Below, in pieces: positions 11,196 through 24,151 of a stretch of DNA of 46,179 nt. A model generated the notes under the pieces. It was not told the DNA's origin. It did not search any database and saw nothing but the letters and a program-made list of their open reading frames with translations. Position 1 is the first letter of the stretch. Each line of letters starts with the position of its first letter. The stretch covers positions 26,091,407 through 26,137,585 of the forward strand of contig NC_068987.1 in assembly GCF_001194135.2 (NCBI RefSeq). The letters are read 5' to 3'. The position numbers and the translations under genes were made by a program. Source of the stretch: Octopus bimaculoides. Lineage: Eukaryota.

Positions 11196-11750
11196 TAGAT
11201 GGGTGTGTCTTCAGCAAAACCAAACTAAAGGGTCCTGTTAACCCTCTTTTCTCTGCTCTTTGTTTTCAAGTTGGGCATTAGGGACAGTTTCTAAAAATCT
11301 TTGATCCAACAGTTTCTGATGGAAGGCATTGCTTGCTTGCTAGGGATAGACTTTCCAGACCTGACCAAGTTGGTGTTGCTAGCGACTAAACCTCTCTTGT
11401 GTATGCAGGGTGACAAAAACAATCCAGCATATGCTCATTCATTGCCCGTGAATTACTGGTAATTAGGTTTATCTCGAACAACTGTTTTCATATGTTAAAT
11501 GGGTCTGGCTGTCAGCCAAGTCTATGAGAAAGATTGAACCACTCTCTTTCCTTTAGCAAGGAAGAAATGGTAGTCTTCTTCTGGTAGCTATGGTATCAAC
11601 AGTCATGTAGCGGCTGTGGTTGAGGGATTTGAGGACAGAGCTGTACCACTCAGGTCGAGTCTTCATCAGCTTCTTTAAGTACAACTTGAGTAGAAGGGTG
11701 GGAATAGAGAAGAAGGTGCTGGCTTCTAGCAAATATTATGATAGATGGGT

Positions 11751-12137
11751 TTTATTGTTGGCACTCCGTCGCTTACAACGTCGAGGGTTCCAGTTGATCC
11801 GATCAACAGAACAGCCTGCTCGTGAAATTAACGTGCGAGTGGCTGAGCACTCCACAGACACGTGTACCCTTAACGTAGTTCTCGGGGATATTCAGAGTGA
11901 CACAGTGTGACAAGGCTGACCCTTTGAATTACAGGCAGAACAGAAACAGGAAGTAAGAGCGAGAGAAAGTTGTGGTGAAAGAGTACAGCAGGGTTCTCCA
12001 CCATCCCCTGCCGGAGCCTCGTGGAGCTTTAGGTGTTTTCGCTCAATAAACACTCACAACACCCGGTCTGGGAATCGAAACCGCGATATTATGACCGCGA
12101 GTCCGCTGCCCTAACCACTGGGCCATTGCGCCTCCAC
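11751..12137 (-). mobile_element. SINE family B, full length with 12-bp target-site duplication
   Basis: Reverse complement starts GTGGAGGCGCAATGGCCCAGTGGTTAGGGCAGCGGACTCGCGGTC...GGTTTCGATTCCC (tRNA-like). TGATAGATGGGT is repeated at 11739-11750 and 12138-12149. Confidence 0.95.
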
Positions 12138-13714
12138 TGATAGATGGGTAATATTGGTGAAATTGACATAGCTTAGCTAAATGATCTTGCTGTAACTATG
12201 GGTGGCAAGAACTGGGAGAAGGTATTTGATTTAAGTGTGTCAGGGTAATCTTGGATTGTGTGTTGAGTATTACAAATCACTCTGAGCAGTATCTCCTTCA
12301 TTTTGAGAATCCTTTTCTTGTTCTTATTTTGTTCTTTGCTGTTTTGTTTATCATTTTCTATTTGTTTAATGTATCTTTACCATTATTGTTGTATGTCACC
12401 TGTTTTTCTCAATGTAAATCCCTTATTCTCAATGTAAACCCCTTGCTTATTATCTTTTCTATGTTTTCACTTTTGTACTGGCCCCAATGCCTTGCATCCA
12501 TTATCATTGTTAAAATGAAGAAATATATAATATTGGTAGTAAAAGCTACAGACATATTTGAAAATAAAACCAAAAGAATATGTGAAAATATGAATGCAGT
12601 GTGGAAAAGATTTGTAGGAAGCTGATATTTTAATTTTTTTTTCTATGTAATTAATGTTTGGACATCAACTTCCATCTAAGCTTTCAATATTTAAAATTTC
12701 TCGATAGTTATCTCATTTTCTGAAGTATGAAATATTACAATTCCTCAAAATTCAGATTTTTTTTTAGCATCACCTCTTATATATTTATTTTGTTTTTGGT
12801 TTCAAAAATATTTTCAAAACCGTTTTGAATGAAAATTCTTTTTGAAAGCCATTTGATATTTCCTTGTTTATTTAGCAAACTAAACTTATGCTTTGAAAAT
12901 GCATTATACATCCTCTTAGCATCGAATGTTATCTACTCTATGTTGCCAAAATTTTGTCAATTGGCAGAAATTCTTGGATATGGACAGATGTCCTGAGCTT
13001 CTTCTAGCAACCCTTTCATTATTAATATTTTGTGTATTAATAAAGTTAGTTTCTCAGATTGTAGTATTTTCTAACTTCTTGCAGGATTTTCCTGTTCACT
13101 GACTTCCAAAGGTTTTAAGCTTTATACATGTTACATATTAATGTCTTACATAGTATCTGGATAGATCTCTGTTGGATTTGATGTTGAGAATTCAATTGTT
13201 TGATCCATTAAATTATCTACCATCGAATTGGTTTGTGAGTGACTGAGTTGCACCACAGACAGGTGCAACTTTAATGTAGTTCTCAGGTGGGTCAGTGTGA
13301 CATAAAGTGGAACGTGAACCCTTCCAAAGTGAAAATCTCTCCAAAGTAGGTTGTTGTTGAAGCTGTTGCTATGATTGAATCCCTCTCTTCTGAGAGGGAA
13401 TCGATCATAGCAATTGTGTACTCCTTTACAAATCCGCAATCCTGTGATGCCAGTCTTAGATACAATTTTTGTTATTGCAAATAAATTAGAGGCTGATGGG
13501 TTGGTAAAACCATTAGAACCTCAAACAAAATGTCTTGTGTTATTTGTCTCAGCTCTTTATGTTCTGGTTTCAAATCCTGTCATGGTCAACTTTTCCTTTC
13601 ATCCTTCTGGGCTCAATAAAATAAAACACCAGTTAAGTACTGTTCTATTATTTTTGTTTATATAAACCAACAAGTATTTTAGCACTAGTAATTAGCTCCC
13701 AGAAAATTGTTTCT

Positions 13715-13949
13715 TATTTCTTTATTGCCGACAAGGGGCTAAACATAGTGGGGACAAACAAGGACACACAAAGGGATTAAGTCAATTACATCGACCCCAG
13801 TACCTAACCGGTACTTAATTTATCGACCTCGAAAGGATGAAAGGCAAAGTCGACCTCGGCGGAATTTGAACTCAGATCGTAACGGCAGACAAAATACCGC
13901 TAAGCATTTTGCCTGGCATGCTAACGTTTCTACCAGCTCGCCACCTTAA
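13715..13949 (-). mobile_element. SINE family C (Meta-domain-like) with 14-bp target-site duplication
   Basis: Reverse complement reads GGTGGCGAGCTGGTAGAAACGTTAGC...GAGTTCAAATTCC...GACTTTGCCTTTCATCCTTTCGAGGTCGATAAATTAAGTACC. AGAAAATTGTTTCT flanks both sides (13701-13714, 13950-13963). The Meta-domain label is from memory. Confidence 0.9.
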
Positions 13950-14553
13950 AGAAAATTGTTTCTGTGATGCAAATTTGCTTCCTTATAGACTTTTTACTTA
14001 TGTAATATCCTATGGGTATGTATGAATGCAATGCCACAACTTATATACCTCTCGTTGGTAGATATTGTTGTTTGATAAAGGTCTTATGCTTGGATTAAGG
14101 ATATCTTTTCATACTAAAACAAGAATCACATTAAGGGAGACAGAGAAAAAGAGATAACTAGGTCAACTCTAAGCATATTGTATCACTGATTGGAAGGAAA
14201 ATATATCTTCTTGCATTCCAGTACTTGCCAATCCATTCTAGAATGGAAAATATCCCCAAAAATAAACAAAAAACATTAAAATAGGTGGACAGACTTGCTA
14301 TAAAAAAACCCAAAGAAAACAGTTGATATCATTACAATAATATATACTTGATAAAACAATGCAGAAGGTAATAGTGTTAAATAATTTATTGATATTGAAA
14401 TTGGATGCTGTTAGTTGGGAAAGGCTATGAACAGGACTACTCAATTATTATATAAAGTAGATTGTGTTAGTGCATTTCTAATGAGCCACGTACAGTAAAC
14501 TTTTGGGAGAGTAAGTTTCATTTCTATTTTTTACAGCAAAATGCCTCTAGGCC

Positions 14554-14781
14554 TTAACTATTTAGCATGTAAATTGGCCTTATCCGGCCAAAATATTCTG
14601 CCTGTTTTATGTTCAAAGAGACCAAATCTGGCCTTTCATACTTAAACCTGCAACGTCATTCTAAAAATAAACAGTCACATCATCAAGATCTTGATGTTAC
14701 AAGATAATTCATGTTTAATTCAAAACAATGTGAATAAATAAGCAGTACATTTGACAGTATAATCCGAATGCTAAAGGGTTA
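14554..14781. mobile_element. piggyBac-like non-autonomous MITE (TTAA/CCCTTTAGCATT-type ends)
   Basis: TTAActaTTTAGCAT...ATGCTAAAGGGTTA; same family as 26211-26445 and 32855-33031. Confidence 0.75.
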
Positions 14782-15334
14782 GAAGACCATCTTAGAATCA
14801 CTTCTTCATTTCAACAATTTCTTACGAGGGAAAAACATAGAACCTAACAAAAAAGCATCTCATCATGTTCACAAATACATTTTCCATGGAATAATGTGGA
14901 AAGGCCATGAAATAGCTAAATGGACCTGAAAATATACAAAACTAAATAGGCAGCAAATTGGTAGAGTTTCTGCAGCATTAGCTAGAGTGCTTTTTGGTAT
15001 TTGTTTCAAATTGCTGCACTCTGTGTTCAAATCCCACCAAAGTTAACTTTGCATTTTATGTGGCAGCAGAAGCCAGGTCACTAAGTAACTTGCAAGACAT
15101 GACCCCTTGATTGGGAGAGGAAGCTTTGTGCCAGGTGATGAGTTGTTAGAGTTTGCTAGGGTCTTATACACAAAATAGTGGGAGGAATTGGAAAGATTTG
15201 ACAGAAATTAAAAATTGGTCCCTTGAAGCTAAAAGTTATGGAGAGATATGTTGAAAGCATTCTAAATAGCAATGGAAGAGAAATGGTTCATTTGATAGAT
15301 TTAATACTGATTTCAAAGTTTGGCACAAAGCCAA

Positions 15335-15510
15335 AATTGACAGGGTAAGCCAGTTATATCGACCCTATTGCTCACTTGGTACTTATTTTATCGACCACAA
15401 AAGGATGAAAGGCAAAGTTGGCCTTGGCAGAATTTGAACTCAGAACGTAAGGATGGATGAAATGTCATTAAGCATTTTGGCCCAGCATGCTAACAATTCT
15501 GCCATCAAGC
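15335..15510 (-). mobile_element. SINE family C, degenerate
   Basis: GGTACTTATTTTATCGACC...AAAGGATGAAAGGCAAAGTT...GAATTTGAACTCAGAACG...GCATGCTAAC. Confidence 0.8.
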
Positions 15511-16788
15511 CATTTTCCTCATGAGTGCTTGATTTAGCGATTATAATATCAGCTAGTGAAGCTGATATGTTTGCTGGGTTCTTGGTTTTTCAGTAGGCTT
15601 TTAGCTCCTTACTGAAACACCCTCTTAATATTTTCATTGCATTATGGAAATGCTTTGTATCTAAAATGTCGAGTTTGTTAGAAACTGCACTGCATAGAAG
15701 GAGTATGACTACAACTGATTCAATAGTCTCTTCAAACTAGTAGAGTAGACAAAATGCAAAACTGAGGGCTGTAAAGCGTGAAAGAAAGAAATATATAGAT
15801 AAGCTATAACTGACAAGAGACACTAAAGTGTCCCAAATACCTAACAGTCAGTGAAGCAATTTCTCAAGGATTACAAAGAAAATAATGATTGGTGGATAGA
15901 ATGGCATGACAAATCAAATTAGTGTCTAGAAAATTAATACATAATCATGGTGCTATGACTCAGAACATATTTAGTTGACTCAGAAGCTGCCTTGCCACCT
16001 ACCTAGATTATTGCTGTTTTAAACTGTCATATATGTCTTATAACTTACAGCCAATCGATTTAGACTTTGTGACTAAAATATCTTAGCTGTCTCAACTGCA
16101 CTTTATCAATTTCACTATGAACACTTAAATGTATTAATAAAACTTTATAATGAAGCCCCCAGCAAGAGGTTTTATGCTAAAGTTAAAGATGTAGAGAACT
16201 TATTTTGGTTAATGTGACCTTATTGTCATTGTGTGTGGTGTTATGAAGGGAAAGAAGTTAATCAGCATTAGTTTAAGATTCAATATAATGCCATAGGTAT
16301 GACTTTAAACTGCATCTGGTATTTTGGGATTCCAGAGTTTTGAGGAACCACCTCTTGACCACTATTACTCCTGGTCTGCGCTGACCTAGAGTAGTAGTAC
16401 CAATTAGGGTCCCAGCTATGGATTAACTAGCTTATTAGGGCTGTGAAGATAGACTCTGCAGAAGAAACGTTCATGGTTCAACTGAGAGGAAGGTGGCTGC
16501 AGTAATGTATTGTGAAGTGCAGAGAATAAAATGAGGCGATTGAAACATCTTCGTCATCCACTACGTCTGTCTTCATCTTCGATTGTCTTAACTTGGTCTT
16601 GCCACTAGACAGAAGATGGTCATGGATGAGAGAGTGAAGTTGACGGTATGCAACCCTTCTTCATTTTAAACAAAGTCACATACAAGCGATAAGCCATCTT
16701 TGTTATTTGTGATGGTCCTCATCACTCCAACAGATGTGCATGATGATGAAAAGGAAAGAACATAACTGTTAAGTTATTTTATTTACAT

Positions 16789-17206
16789 AGGCGTAGGAGT
16801 GGCTGTGTGGTAAGTAGCTAGCTTACCAACCACATGGTCCCGGGTTCAGTCCCACTGCGTGGCATCTTGGGCAAGTGTCTTCTACTATAGCCTCTCAGGC
16901 CAACCAAAGCCTTGTGAGTGGATTTGGTAGACGGAAACTGAAAGAAACCCGTCGTATATATGTATATATATATGTATGTGTGTATGTGTTTGTGTGTCTG
17001 TGTTTGTCCCCCCAACATTGCTTGACAACCGATGCTGGTGTGTTTATGTCCCCGTAACTTAGCGGTTCAGCAAAAGAGACTGATAGAATAAGTACTAGGC
17101 TTCTAAAGAATAAGTCCTGGCTGGGGTCGATTTGCTCGACTAAAGGCGGTGCTCCAGCATGGCCACAGTCAAAAGACTGAAACAAGTAAAAAAAGAGTAA
17201 AAAGAG
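16789..17206 (+). mobile_element. SINE family A, full length
   Basis: AGGCGTAGGAGTGGCTGTGTGGTAAG...GGGTTCAGTCCC...CTTGGGCAAGTGTC...GGCGGTGCTCCAGCATGGCC...AAGTAAAAAAAGAGTAAAAAG. Confidence 0.93.
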
Positions 17207-17477
17207 ATTGACGTTAATATAGAATTCCATTGTGTTTTATTTATGGTATATGGTAACTACAGCTATGGTTTATTTGTAGTATATGATAGTAACTAGAATT
17301 GCGTTTTACTGGAGTATATGGTAGCTAAAAACTGGAGTACTGAAGGGAATTTAAAATGTTACAAAATTATTCTTGATGAATAAAATGATTATTGGATGAG
17401 TACTTGGACAGTCCCTGACATATTAACAAAGTTAGTTTTGATTGTTGTGATAATGACTAGTGGATTAGTACCACCTG

Positions 17478-17688
17478 ACTGGCCTTCGTGCAGGTGACAT
17501 GTAAAAGCACCCACTACACTCTCTGAGTGGTTGGCGTCAGGAAGGGCATCCAGCTGTAGAAACTCTGCCAAATCAGATTGGAGCCTGGTGTAGCCATCTG
17601 GTTTCACCAGTCCTCAGTCAAATCGTCCAACCCATGCTAGCATGGAAAGCGGACGTTAAACGACGACGACGATGATGATGATGATGAT
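17478..17688 (+). mobile_element. RTE-LINE 3' tail copy
   Basis: Near-identical to 128-327; (GAC)/(GAT)n tail. Confidence 0.88.
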
Positions 17689-17743
17689 ATATATATAAAA
17701 TTGTGTGTATTTGTGGGTGTATGTATGCACACAGACACACACA

Positions 17744-18306
17744 CGAGGGTTGGTTGGAAAGTTCATAGGCTAACCAACATACTCTCTTGGAATGTGACCA
17801 AATGAGGTTTATCTTTCATCATAGCCCCCTTGCGGTCCATACACTTCTTCCATTGGTGTTGCAATGCTTGGATCTCATTGGTGAAGAAGCTTTTATCCTG
17901 TTGGTCAAAAATGTCATTATCACTGCAATACTGGTTCCCAGCCAAGTGTTTTTCTTGTAAGGGAACAGTTAATAGTCAGGTGGGTTCAAATCAGGAGAAT
18001 AAGGAGGGTGATCAACCAGTTCAAAGCCACAGGCACACATAGAAGCTGAGGACTTGTGTGCTGGAGCATTGCCCTAATAGAACAAGGGGCATTTCATCAG
18101 TTTTCTTGGGCATTTGGTCTTGACAGCCTTTCATAAGTGCCTCAGCAATTTGGCATAGTACTCTTCATTGATGGTGTGGCCCTTTTGAAGATAGTCAATA
18201 AATACAATGCTTTTTGCATCCCAAAAGACTGGGGGCATCGCCTTCCCTGCAGATGAAACAACTTTTGCCTTCTTTGGTGCAAGTCAGGAGGGGTGTTTTT
18301 ACTGCA
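17744..18306 (-). mobile_element. Mariner transposase pseudogene, C-terminal half with terminal repeat
   Basis: Minus strand reads APKKAKVVSSAGKAMPPVFWDAKSIVFIDYLQKGHTINEEYYAKLL ... NAPAHK ... DHPPYSPDLNPPDY ... IQALQHQWKKC, with stops; CGAGGG-type terminus at 17744. Confidence 0.9.
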
Positions 18307-18380
18307 TAAATTGTCTCTTTGTCTCTGTCTGTAAGTGATGAACCCAAGGCATATATATATGATAGAAATGTGTGTATTTA

Positions 18381-18411
<31 letters not shown>

Positions 18412-19309
18412 NNNNNNNNNNNNNNNNNNNNNNNNNNNNNNNNNNNNNNNNNNNNNNNNNNNNNNNNNNNNNNNNNNNNNNNNNNNNNNNNNNNNNNNNN
18501 NNNNNNNNNNNNNNNNNNNNNNNNNNNNNNNNNNNNNNNNNNNNNNNNNNNNNNNNNNNNNNNNNNNNNNNNNNNNNNNNNNNNNNNNNNNNNNNNNNNN
18601 NNNNNNNNNNNNNNNNNNNNNNNNNNNNNNNNNNNNNNNNNNNNNNNNNNNNNNNNNNNNNNNNNNNNNNNNNNNNNNNNNNNNNNNNNNNNNNNNNNNN
18701 NNNNNNNNNNNNNNNNNNNNNNNNNNNNNNNNNNNNNNNNNNNNNNNNNNNNNNNNNNNNNNNNNNNNNNNNNNNNNNNNNNNNNNNNNNNNNNNNNNNN
18801 NNNNNNNNNNNNNNNNNNNNNNNNNNNNNNNNNNNNNNNNNNNNNNNNNNNNNNNNNNNNNNNNNNNNNTATATATATATATATTTATATATATGGATAA
18901 GCATATTAAAAGTGGTCCATGGGAAAACTCATTTGAATCAAAGGGGTCCTTGGTAGTGAAAATGTTGGGAACCACTGGCCTTTATCAATAAAACATATGT
19001 CTGTTTGATAAATAGATCCGCACCTGTGTTATGATTCTAGAAAAGTTGTGTCATTTACTAGTGTTGAACCTGTTGACTTCAGTAACCTCAATATAAAAAA
19101 ATCTTGTTACTCACATGTAGACACGTAACATTTCATATTGACACTGAAATTTCATGAAGTCTATTATACACATAGATTGTGAGTGTATATTTTTAAGTAA
19201 AACGTGACTTATATTGTTTCGGAGGAAAGAAATAGTTTGTGTATTTTCTTTGATCAGGCATTTAATATACATAAAGAATGATTAGGCATTTAATATACAT
19301 AATGAATGT

Positions 19310-19607
19310 CAGCCACTTTACAGTGTGGACTGGATGATTTTTATGTAGCACCAGCACTGGCAGGGTTACCAAGTAACTTGCAAGACAAGAAATTATGAGA
19401 GGGGCAGGGGCAGTTGAGGAGGGGAAACTCGTGTCGGAGGATGAACGGTTAGAGAGTGACAAGGAGACACAGAGGCAGAAATAGGTGTCTTGTTATAATG
19501 GAGGGCACACTGGAAGAGGTGATCCAGTATCATATGATGAAAGGTTAGAGTGTGACAGAGAAATAGATTGGCAGAAATAGGTGTCTTGTTATAGAGGAGG
19601 TACATGG

Positions 19608-19610
<3 letters not shown>
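19310..19610 (-). mobile_element. Repeat with RTE-type tail and purine-rich body (family shared with 870-1070)
   Basis: CCACTTTACAGTGTGGACTGG tail motif plus duplicated GGCAGAAATAGGTGTCTTGTTATA units. Confidence 0.65.
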
Positions 19611-19649
<39 letters not shown>

Positions 19650-19947
19650 NNNNNNNNNNNNNNNNNNNNNNNNNNNNNNNNNNNNNNNNNNNNNNNNNNN
19701 NNNNNNNNNNNNNNNNNNNNNNNNNNNNNNNNNNNNNNAAAAAAAAAAAAAAAATAAACAATAAAAGAAGTACCAGGCTTTAAAAAGAAAATTAGTACTG
19801 GGGTCAATTAGTTTGACTAAAATTCCTCAAGGCAGTGCCCCAGCATGGCCACAATCTAATGATTGAAATAAGCAGAAGGATGCACATTGAAGTTCTAAAG
19901 ACTGGTTGTATATCATACAATTTAACTTGTGTGTGTGTATATATATA

Positions 19948-19991
<44 letters not shown>

Positions 19992-20634
19992 TAAGTATCC
20001 AGACAGTTGCCATAGTAACAAAGCTAAAGCACACATAATGAAGCCGCTTGGCACAGATTGACGCACTAAGTTTTAACATTGTAGCTCACTTCCACTGTTT
20101 ACAGCAGTGCTTGGAAGGAAGGTGTGTAGCGTGTGATTGTTGCATTGACCATGACAAAGTTGAGCAGAGAATCTGCATCAAATTTTACCAAAAGCTTAGC
20201 GATACCTGCTCAGAGGCCTACACAAAGTTTCCAAGAAGTTATTATCGTTCTCTACACAATCAAGGAGATCTTGGTGCAACTGAAACCTGAGTGTCTTTTT
20301 TGGTCAGCTGAAAGTAGTTTTGGCACAAACTTGGCAGACACGTGTTTCATACCGAAATCTTCAGTGATGGTGGGCTGAACTGAACTGTAATTAATCTGCA
20401 CATCCTCTGGTAACTCACGGATAGTGATTCAACAATTTCCCCTCATAGCTGCACGCACATCTGTGATGCTTTTCTCAGATCTGCTGATTGCGGGTCTCCC
20501 AGTGAGCTAGAACTTAAAAATTTAGTGCACATGCACAACAGAGTTCAAGATCAATCTTTGCCAAGCGGCTTTATTCTGCATGCTTTAGCTTCGTTACTAT
20601 GGCAACAGTTTGGGTAGTTATTGATTAGAGCTCA
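19992..20634. mobile_element. Mariner-derived MITE with ~150-bp inverted ends and convergent transposase fragments
   Basis: Left arm AAGTATCCAGACAGTTGCCATAGTAAC...GCCGCTTGGC is mirrored at 20500-20634. The + strand gives KVEQRICIKFYQKL; the - strand gives ITIRELPEDVQINYSSVQPTITEDFGMKHVSAKFVPKLLSADQK. Confidence 0.88.
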
Positions 20635-20711
20635 TATATATATATACATACACACAGACACACAGACAAACAGACATATATATTCATATACATATACATT
20701 TGTATGAACAT

Positions 20712-20895
20712 ATGTCTTTTATCTATTACTTATTTCAGTTATTAGACTATGCCATGCTGGAGCACCATCTTGAAAGACTTTAATCAAATGAATTGACCTC
20801 AGTACAATTTTTTTCTTCAAAGCCTGTTACATATTCTGTTGATGTCTTCTGCTGAACTGCTTGCTCCTGGAGACATAAACACACCAATGCTGGTT
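20712..20895 (-). mobile_element. SINE family A 3' part, degenerate
   Basis: GCCATGCTGGAGCACC...TGCTGAACTGCT...ATAAACACACCAATGCTGGTTGT. Confidence 0.7.
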
Positions 20896-20901
20896 GTACA
20901 C

Positions 20902-20941
<40 letters not shown>

Positions 20942-21129
20942 NNNNNNNNNNNNNNNNNNNNNNNNNNNNNNNNNNNNNNNNNNNNNNNNNNNNNNNNNNN
21001 NNNNNNNNNNNNNNNNNNNNNNNNNNNNNNNNNNNNNNNNNNNNNNNNNNNNNNNNNNNNNNNNNNNNNNNNNNNNNNNNNNNNNNNNNNNNNNNNNNNN
21101 NNNNNNNNNNNNNNNNNNNNNNNNNNNNN

Positions 21130-21198
<69 letters not shown>

Positions 21199-24113
21199 AG
21201 GTGCAATGACCCAGTGGTTAGGGCAGGAAGAGGACCTAATCATAAAATCCTGCTGCAAATATGTCCCTATCCAACCCATATTAGCTTGGGAATATGGGCA
21301 TGAAATGAATATATATGCATTAGGCTTATATACTGTTTCTGTCTTATAATTTCACCCTCAAAGTATTGGTTAATATGGGGCTACTTTAAAAAAAATTATT
21401 TGCCCAATGCTTTTGAAAGTATGTGAAAGATATAGGTATGGATAAGTAGCAGGAAGTACCTGGGTGTAAGACAATGCTACAGCAATATACATTCTCCTAA
21501 CCCATGCTAGCATTGTAAAATAGACATGAAAGCAATTGAACACACATGCATGTCTTTGTGCGTGGATTCTGCATACATATATTCAGTATTTTCTACATAC
21601 AGTAGTTTCCCATAGTATGCTATTTGAATAGCATACGGTGGGAAAAGTATTAAACTTGAGGTTATTAGAAGCTTGTGAACTTCTCTGTGAAATGAAAAAT
21701 AGTTAACAATGTATTGGTCATCTGTTATTCATTGCTCTTTATGAAAAGAAAATAGTTCAGTTCAAAAGAAAAGCAAAAAAATGTCTTTTATTTCATCTTA
21801 CACAAGTCTTTAATGGGATTTCATTGATTCACCTGAGTTCATCTTTTTTCTGGTGATAAATAACAAGAGTGAAAGAGCACGTGATGATAAATGGGTATTA
21901 CTATTAATCATGTGCTTTCTCACTTGTACATGCATACCTAACCTATGCGCACACTACCTACCTACTTAGTATAGCCTTCATTTCTGTTCTCATATTGTGT
22001 ACAACATAAAAATCTTCCATCGCTTATTGTAAGAAATAAGTAGCAATTACAAACCACAGAATGTGTGTTTAATAAAAAAAAAATCTTTCTGACTCTTTCA
22101 AAATACAACAATATTATGTCTCCACCTGTAATTTCAAGTGAAAACTATTGCCAAAAATATACATTTTTATTTCTTTTCCAGAACCTGTCTTAGGTAATAT
22201 TTTCTCTTCCTTAGAATCTATCTGTTTTTTTGTTTTTATTTTATAGATAGTTTCTTCTGCATACTTTTACTCTGGTTATTTTTCCTGTCTGTAACTGTTG
22301 GGTTTTTTTTTTTAAAGTTTCTGATACTTTTTAAAAATGTAGCGTGTATTTGTGTTTAGCTGTTTTACTGCGGTGACTTTAGTGTATCACTAAAGAATAA
22401 AAACAAATTACTGGGTGATGTTGATATAACTATATCAACTATCTAATCTTGTTATAAATTAACTTATGCAACTAATCATAAAAGCTTTTAATCTTTTCGT
22501 GTGTTTTTGTTTTTTTCCATTTGGCTGTTTTTGTAGATGATTTGTGATACTAAATAAGCAGCTCAAATGTCCTAAAACTGTGACTAAACTATTGGAATCA
22601 AAGACTATGTGGTATAAATGTTGACTAATAACTAGAAATGTAATGTTGTTGCATCTCAAATGTTTTTTTATAGTATAGAGTTTTAAATATGTTAAAATTT
22701 CCCAATGTAAATTTAGCAATCACAAATAACATATTTTATTGATATATTTATTAGTGAAATATTAATGAGGAACATTCTGACTGTATTCTGTAGCAACTTA
22801 TCTCTTAATCCATACTACATAATGCATATGTAATGATGTCATGCAATATATAAGCCAATACACATAAAGTGTATGAATTAATTGTAAATAGATATTTTTA
22901 TAATTTTGTAATAAAGGTTTACACAGGACAGGTTTAATGATAATCATGTGAAATTCGTCGCTGAAATTAGTCTTCACTGTAAAAACTAGGTCTAACAAAT
23001 TTGTTGAGGTTTTAAGTAATCATCAGTGTCACCTTACCGTTGGCCAACATATAACTAAGAAATGATTGGTTATTTTCAACATTCTTTCAAAGTGAAGATG
23101 AGAATGGATGATTGCCATTTCTTTAGCAAAAACTGAAAGTTAATTAGTTGAGACAAATTCTAAAAAAATTGGTTCATTTTAAGAAGCTGCTACCTTATCT
23201 GATTTAAGTGACTACTAAGTTGAGAGGATTTCCCAATATTCATTTTGTTTTTTCCAAGTTGATAGTGTTGCCTTATTCTTCATTAATGGTCAGCAGTTAT
23301 CATTCTAAAGCTGTACTTCAAGAGATGGTGTTCATGTTTAGTTTGATACAGCAATCCTGTGTTGTCAGCAGTTATGAAAGCAGTCAGAATTTGTTCCATG
23401 TGGGTTAATGTTATGGTAATACTAACATACTTTTGTGGTTTTAACGCTAATAATGCATTTGCAATGTTTTGGAATTTATTTTGCTAACATTATTAGTTTG
23501 GAAAATCCTCTTTAGCTATCAATTCTATTGAAAATATGGCAGTTATTAAATAAACTATTATCTGAGTTGATACAAACTAGAACCTCATCCAGTATCATCT
23601 TCATTGAAAAGGGCCAGACAAGCATTCCTGTTTTCTTATTGATCTACTAGTCCTGGCTCCTATTTCATCGAAATGTTCTTAAGAATAAGTTACTCTTGAA
23701 ATACAACAGAAATAAACATTGTTTTGAATTTGCTGTGTATTAAATCTAAACTTTAAAGTCTCAGTGTTCAAATGAATTTATTATAATTTTTTAGCTATGC
23801 TGATCATTACTGCATTTTCAAGCTGCAGTGTTATCTCTCCCAATCTAATATTCATTAATTAGACATAATTCAAATTTTGCATAATGACATACAGATTATT
23901 GTAAAATATCTTAAAAATCACATTGTTTTTTAATTCTCAAATAAACTTTTATATCTAATATATTATATACTTTTTAGTTACATATAATTGACATGGACTA
24001 ATTGTTAAGAAAAAAAAAGGTGCTTTAAAGGTTTTCTGAAAAATTAAGAATAATTTAATTTATTTTAAACACTAGTAATGTATTAGATGATAGTAATTCC
24101 TAGAATTCGATAA

Positions 24114-24151
<38 letters not shown>

